From Thermoproteota archaeon (GTDB taxonomy: Archaea > Thermoproteota > Thermoprotei_A > Sulfolobales > Ignisphaeraceae), in contig JAUQPB010000001.1 of the NCBI GenBank assembly GCA_030550585.1, forward strand, positions 707,150-771,149: 64,000 bases of DNA, read 5' to 3'. The notes beneath the pieces are model-generated. The model saw nothing but the letters and a program-made list of their open reading frames with translations, ran no database searches and was not told the DNA's origin. Positions 61,404-64,000 of the stretch are shown in pieces. The position numbers and the translations under genes were made by a program. How positions within the stretch are numbered: position 1 is the first letter of the stretch; every line of letters begins with the position of its first letter.

Positions 61404-62252
61404 ATGGATACGAAGCTCGGCGCCGGCTACAACCCCATAGAGCTCTCGAAAGCAGTTGAGAAGCTTGTCTCAGTGGATGTTGGAGGGGCTGTGGCGAGAA
61501 AGTACTTTGGGTTTGCGCCAACCAGATTCTACGGAGGCTCTGCAACAGGCTATGCAACAGGCTGCAACCTGCGATGTGTATACTGCTGGAGTCTAGCCAG
61601 AAACGCTAGGGCTGTCGGGGACTACCACAAACCTGTTGATGTTGCAAGAAAGTTGGTTGGGATGGCCAGTCAAAACGGCTATAGATTTGCTAGGCTGAGC
61701 GGGGGAGAGCCGACAATAGCTGTTGAGCACCTACTGCAGCTGCTAGACCACCTAAACATGTTTAGAGACATTTGGAGAGGGGTATTCATACTAGAGACAA
61801 ACGGGATTCTAATAGGCTATGACAAGAGGTTGGCGGAGACGCTGAGCAGATACAGGTTTGTTGTGGCTAGGGTGTCTATAAAGGGCTGTAGCGAGGAGGA
61901 GTTCCACACGATAACGGGGGCGGAGAAGAGCTTCTTCAACACACAGATACAGGCAGTAAAAAACCTGTTGGACAGCGGCATAGAGACGAGAGTCGCAATA
62001 ACAATAAGCTTCTGCAAAAAAGAGACTCTTGCGAAACTCCTCGAGAGGCTGGCGACAATAGATGCAAAGCTTGTGGACAGCATGGAGATAGAGTATGTAA
62101 AGCTCTATCCAGCAGTCCAGAAAAGGCTATGCAAAAAGGGCTTGGCGCCATGGATAGCGATAAAACCCCCAGACAAGATAGTAGACCAGGAGAAGTTCTA
62201 TGAGCTCTGCAGAGAAGAGCCTCAGAGAAGCCATAGCGAAGGTAATAGCTAG
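61404..62252 (+). CDS. Radical SAM protein
   Basis: RFYGG, CNLRCVYC, SGGEP, LETNG. Confidence 0.88.
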   Translation: MDTKLGAGYNPIELSKAVEKLVSVDVGGAVARKYFGFAPTRFYGGSATGYATGCNLRCVYCWSLARNARAVGDYHKPVDVARKLVGMASQNGYRFARLSGGEPTIAVEHLLQLLDHLNMFRDIWRGVFILETNGILIGYDKRLAETLSRYRFVVARVSIKGCSEEEFHTITGAEKSFFNTQIQAVKNLLDSGIETRVAITISFCKKETLAKLLERLATIDAKLVDSMEIEYVKLYPAVQKRLCKKGLAPWIAIKPPDKIVDQEKFYELCREEPQRSHSEGNS

Positions 62253-62439
62253 AAACCCAACCGGAATAACATTCGAAGAGCTTAGAGACCAGCTAGAAAC
62301 AGAAGAGCAGATATACATAGACGGCATAGAGCTGAGAAAAACTGTAGCCGAAATGATAAGACAGGGCACAATATGCAAAGAACCATCACCACAAAGAAAA
62401 AAGATGCTACTAAAACCATGCAGAAACACCAAACAATAA
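62200..62439 (+). CDS. Small winged-helix-like protein
   Basis: GITFEELR...LRKTVAEMIRQG wHTH-like pattern. Confidence 0.6.
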   Translation: MSSAEKSLREAIAKVIARNPTGITFEELRDQLETEEQIYIDGIELRKTVAEMIRQGTICKEPSPQRKKMLLKPCRNTKQ

Positions 62440-62519
62440 ACACATAGACTCCACAACGAGAAAACACAACAAAAACCTTCTAAAAACAAAGTCCCAAGCC
62501 ACATAGGTTTCCAGCCCAC

Positions 62520-62857
62520 ACAAAACAATAGAGTTTTAAGCTTTTCATCTCTTTCCATATTCTGTACATACAGTGCGGGGTCTGCCAAGATATTTAAGCT
62601 CTTTAAAAGCTTTTATGGGGTCTTCGCAACAATCTCTATGTATACAATTTTGTCAACTCCTTCTCAAAACTCTTTATGGTGTTCATTGCAATAGCTGTAT
62701 TGCAGCTATGGTCTCTTCAGATCATTGATGTTTTATGGCAATCGCATTGCGATTAACACTAATTTGCTTAAAAGCTTTTATACCAGATTCAACACATAGT
62801 ATATTGAACTGCTTCGAATCCGCAAATGGAGACTCTCAAACAAGAGAACCAAGCACA
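62520..62857 (+). promoter_or_regulatory. CRISPR leader
   Basis: AT-rich non-coding region upstream of repeat 1, AAAAGCTTTTATA BRE/TATA-like element at ~62770-62782, two palindromes. Confidence 0.7.
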
Positions 62858-63898
62858 GAATCCAATAAATGGAATTGAAAGGTATACGAACACCCTCTGT
62901 CCTAGGAGCTTGGGTCTCGTCAACTTGGAATCCAATAAATGGAATTGAAAGGTTATAGGCTATCACAGGGCTCTTATCGACGGCGGCAAGCAAGAATCCA
63001 ATAAATGGAATTGAAAGAGATAGGATTTAGTCAAATTAATGAGGCTTTTCTTGATCAGCTCCCTCGAATCCAATAAATGGAATTGAAAGCTGGCTCTGCC
63101 AACATCAGATCTACCAGCCAGTTGAAGAATCCAATAAATGGAATTGAAAGTCCATTAGCTTTAGAACCTCTCTGAACATCGACAGCAGGATATCGAATCC
63201 AATAAATGGAATTGAAAGTTACGCTCACGACATATCTTACCCTATCGCTTAGTTGTTGGATGAATCCAATAAATGGAATTGAAAGCGTTAGTCTCATACG
63301 CGGCAATTTCAACGGCATTTTGTATGAATCCAATAAATGGAATTGAAAGAATCTTGGAAACTGGTCTATTATTTGCCATGCGAGGCTGTTGTGAATCCAA
63401 TAAATGGAATTGAAAGTTATCATGTTTTCGATTTCTTGTGGTGTTAGTGTGATCTGCTTTGAATCCAATAAATGGAATTGAAAGAAAACAAGATACTATT
63501 CGAGAACAGTATAAGGTCTCAGAAAAGCTTCGAGAACCAGAATCCAATAAATGGAATTGAAAGACATCAACAACAACACGCGGCACACGAACACCAATAC
63601 CGGCTGAATCCAATAAATGGAATTGAAAGTTTCAAAAATTATTTTTTGTTTTGAATTTTGAGTTTGGGTTTGGGAATCCAATAAATGGAATTGAAAGTAA
63701 ATCTCTCTCTATCGCTCTCAGAACCATTACAACAGCAACTGAATCCAATAAATGGAATTGAAAGCAAGGAAATCTGATATCTGCATTACTCCAGTTCTAT
63801 CGATAGCTGAATCCAATAAATGGAATTGAAAGTGATCGGGTCGTGCACCTTGAACTCAATCAGTTCGATGCGATGAATCCAATAAATGGAATTGAAAG
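62858..63898 (+). CRISPR. CRISPR array, 16 identical 24-bp repeats GAATCCAATAAATGGAATTGAAAG, 15 spacers of 37-55 bp
   Basis: Repeats start at 62858, 62928, 62994, 63066, 63127, 63195, 63262, 63326, 63393, 63461, 63540, 63606, 63674, 63741, 63809, 63875; the ATTGAAAG 3' end implies + strand transcription. Confidence 0.98.
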
Positions 63899-64000
63899 AC
63901 AGAAATGCTTAGAGTTTGACTCATGGTAGACAAGGGCATTCAACTCTCCTTCTGCAACGTGTTATTGAGGGCTTGTACTGAGTTTGCTGAAGTCTGCGTC

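Noticed and set aside
49770-62252. PqqD plus radical SAM as a RiPP cluster
   Set aside because: They are 11 kb apart among housekeeping genes, the radical SAM shows no clear SPASM cysteine cluster, and no precursor peptide was found
327-62588. Many 60-200 aa ORFs antisense to or nested within recognised genes
   Set aside because: Shadow ORFs of coding strands with no motifs or SD support
62778-63681. ORFs across the CRISPR array
   Set aside because: Artefacts of repeat translation (recurring FNSIYWI, LSIPFIGF, FQFHLLDS)
62882-63874. Self-targeting of spacers within this window
   Set aside because: No match noticed by eye; not exhaustively testable without alignment

Overview
Chromosomal segment of a crenarchaeon. 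It looks Desulfurococcales-like: AGR-dominated Arg codons, crenarchaeal SSB, a stand-alone 5S rRNA gene and an ATTGAAAG-ending CRISPR repeat. Layout, left to right: (1) 3' end of DNA ligase, gatD, a DsbA-like gene and a GPN GTPase. (2) An aromatic amino-acid supercluster: split transketolase, CM/PDH, aroF-B-E-C-K-A-D, then trpB2-A-D-F-E-G-C and pheA. It is interrupted by a ~4 kb accessory islet with a tRNA 3'-end remnant, a secreted protein, two paralogous membrane proteins and an ABC ATPase fused to a bacteriocin-like tail. (3) tRNA-Arg(TCG) followed by a ~20 kb mosaic island with four tRNA-Arg 3'-half copies, two integrase remnants, four ABC exporter modules, four toxin-antitoxin pairs, an IS200/IS605-like end and several pseudogenes. 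(4) A core block: ASCH, PhoU, ssb, PqqD-like, spt4, rps24e, rps27ae, kae1, bud32, rdgB, rps15, RecJ/Cdc45-like, pcc1, cysK, tmk, 5S rRNA, DUF1512, map, MBL hydrolase and a radical SAM gene. (5) A leader and a 16-repeat CRISPR array, with no cas genes in the window. The best candidates for novelty are the tRNA-fragment-delimited cassette array, a possible archaeocin/immunity islet, and aromatic-codon uORFs coupled to the aro operon. All calls come from reading the sequence and recognising motifs; no database searches were run.
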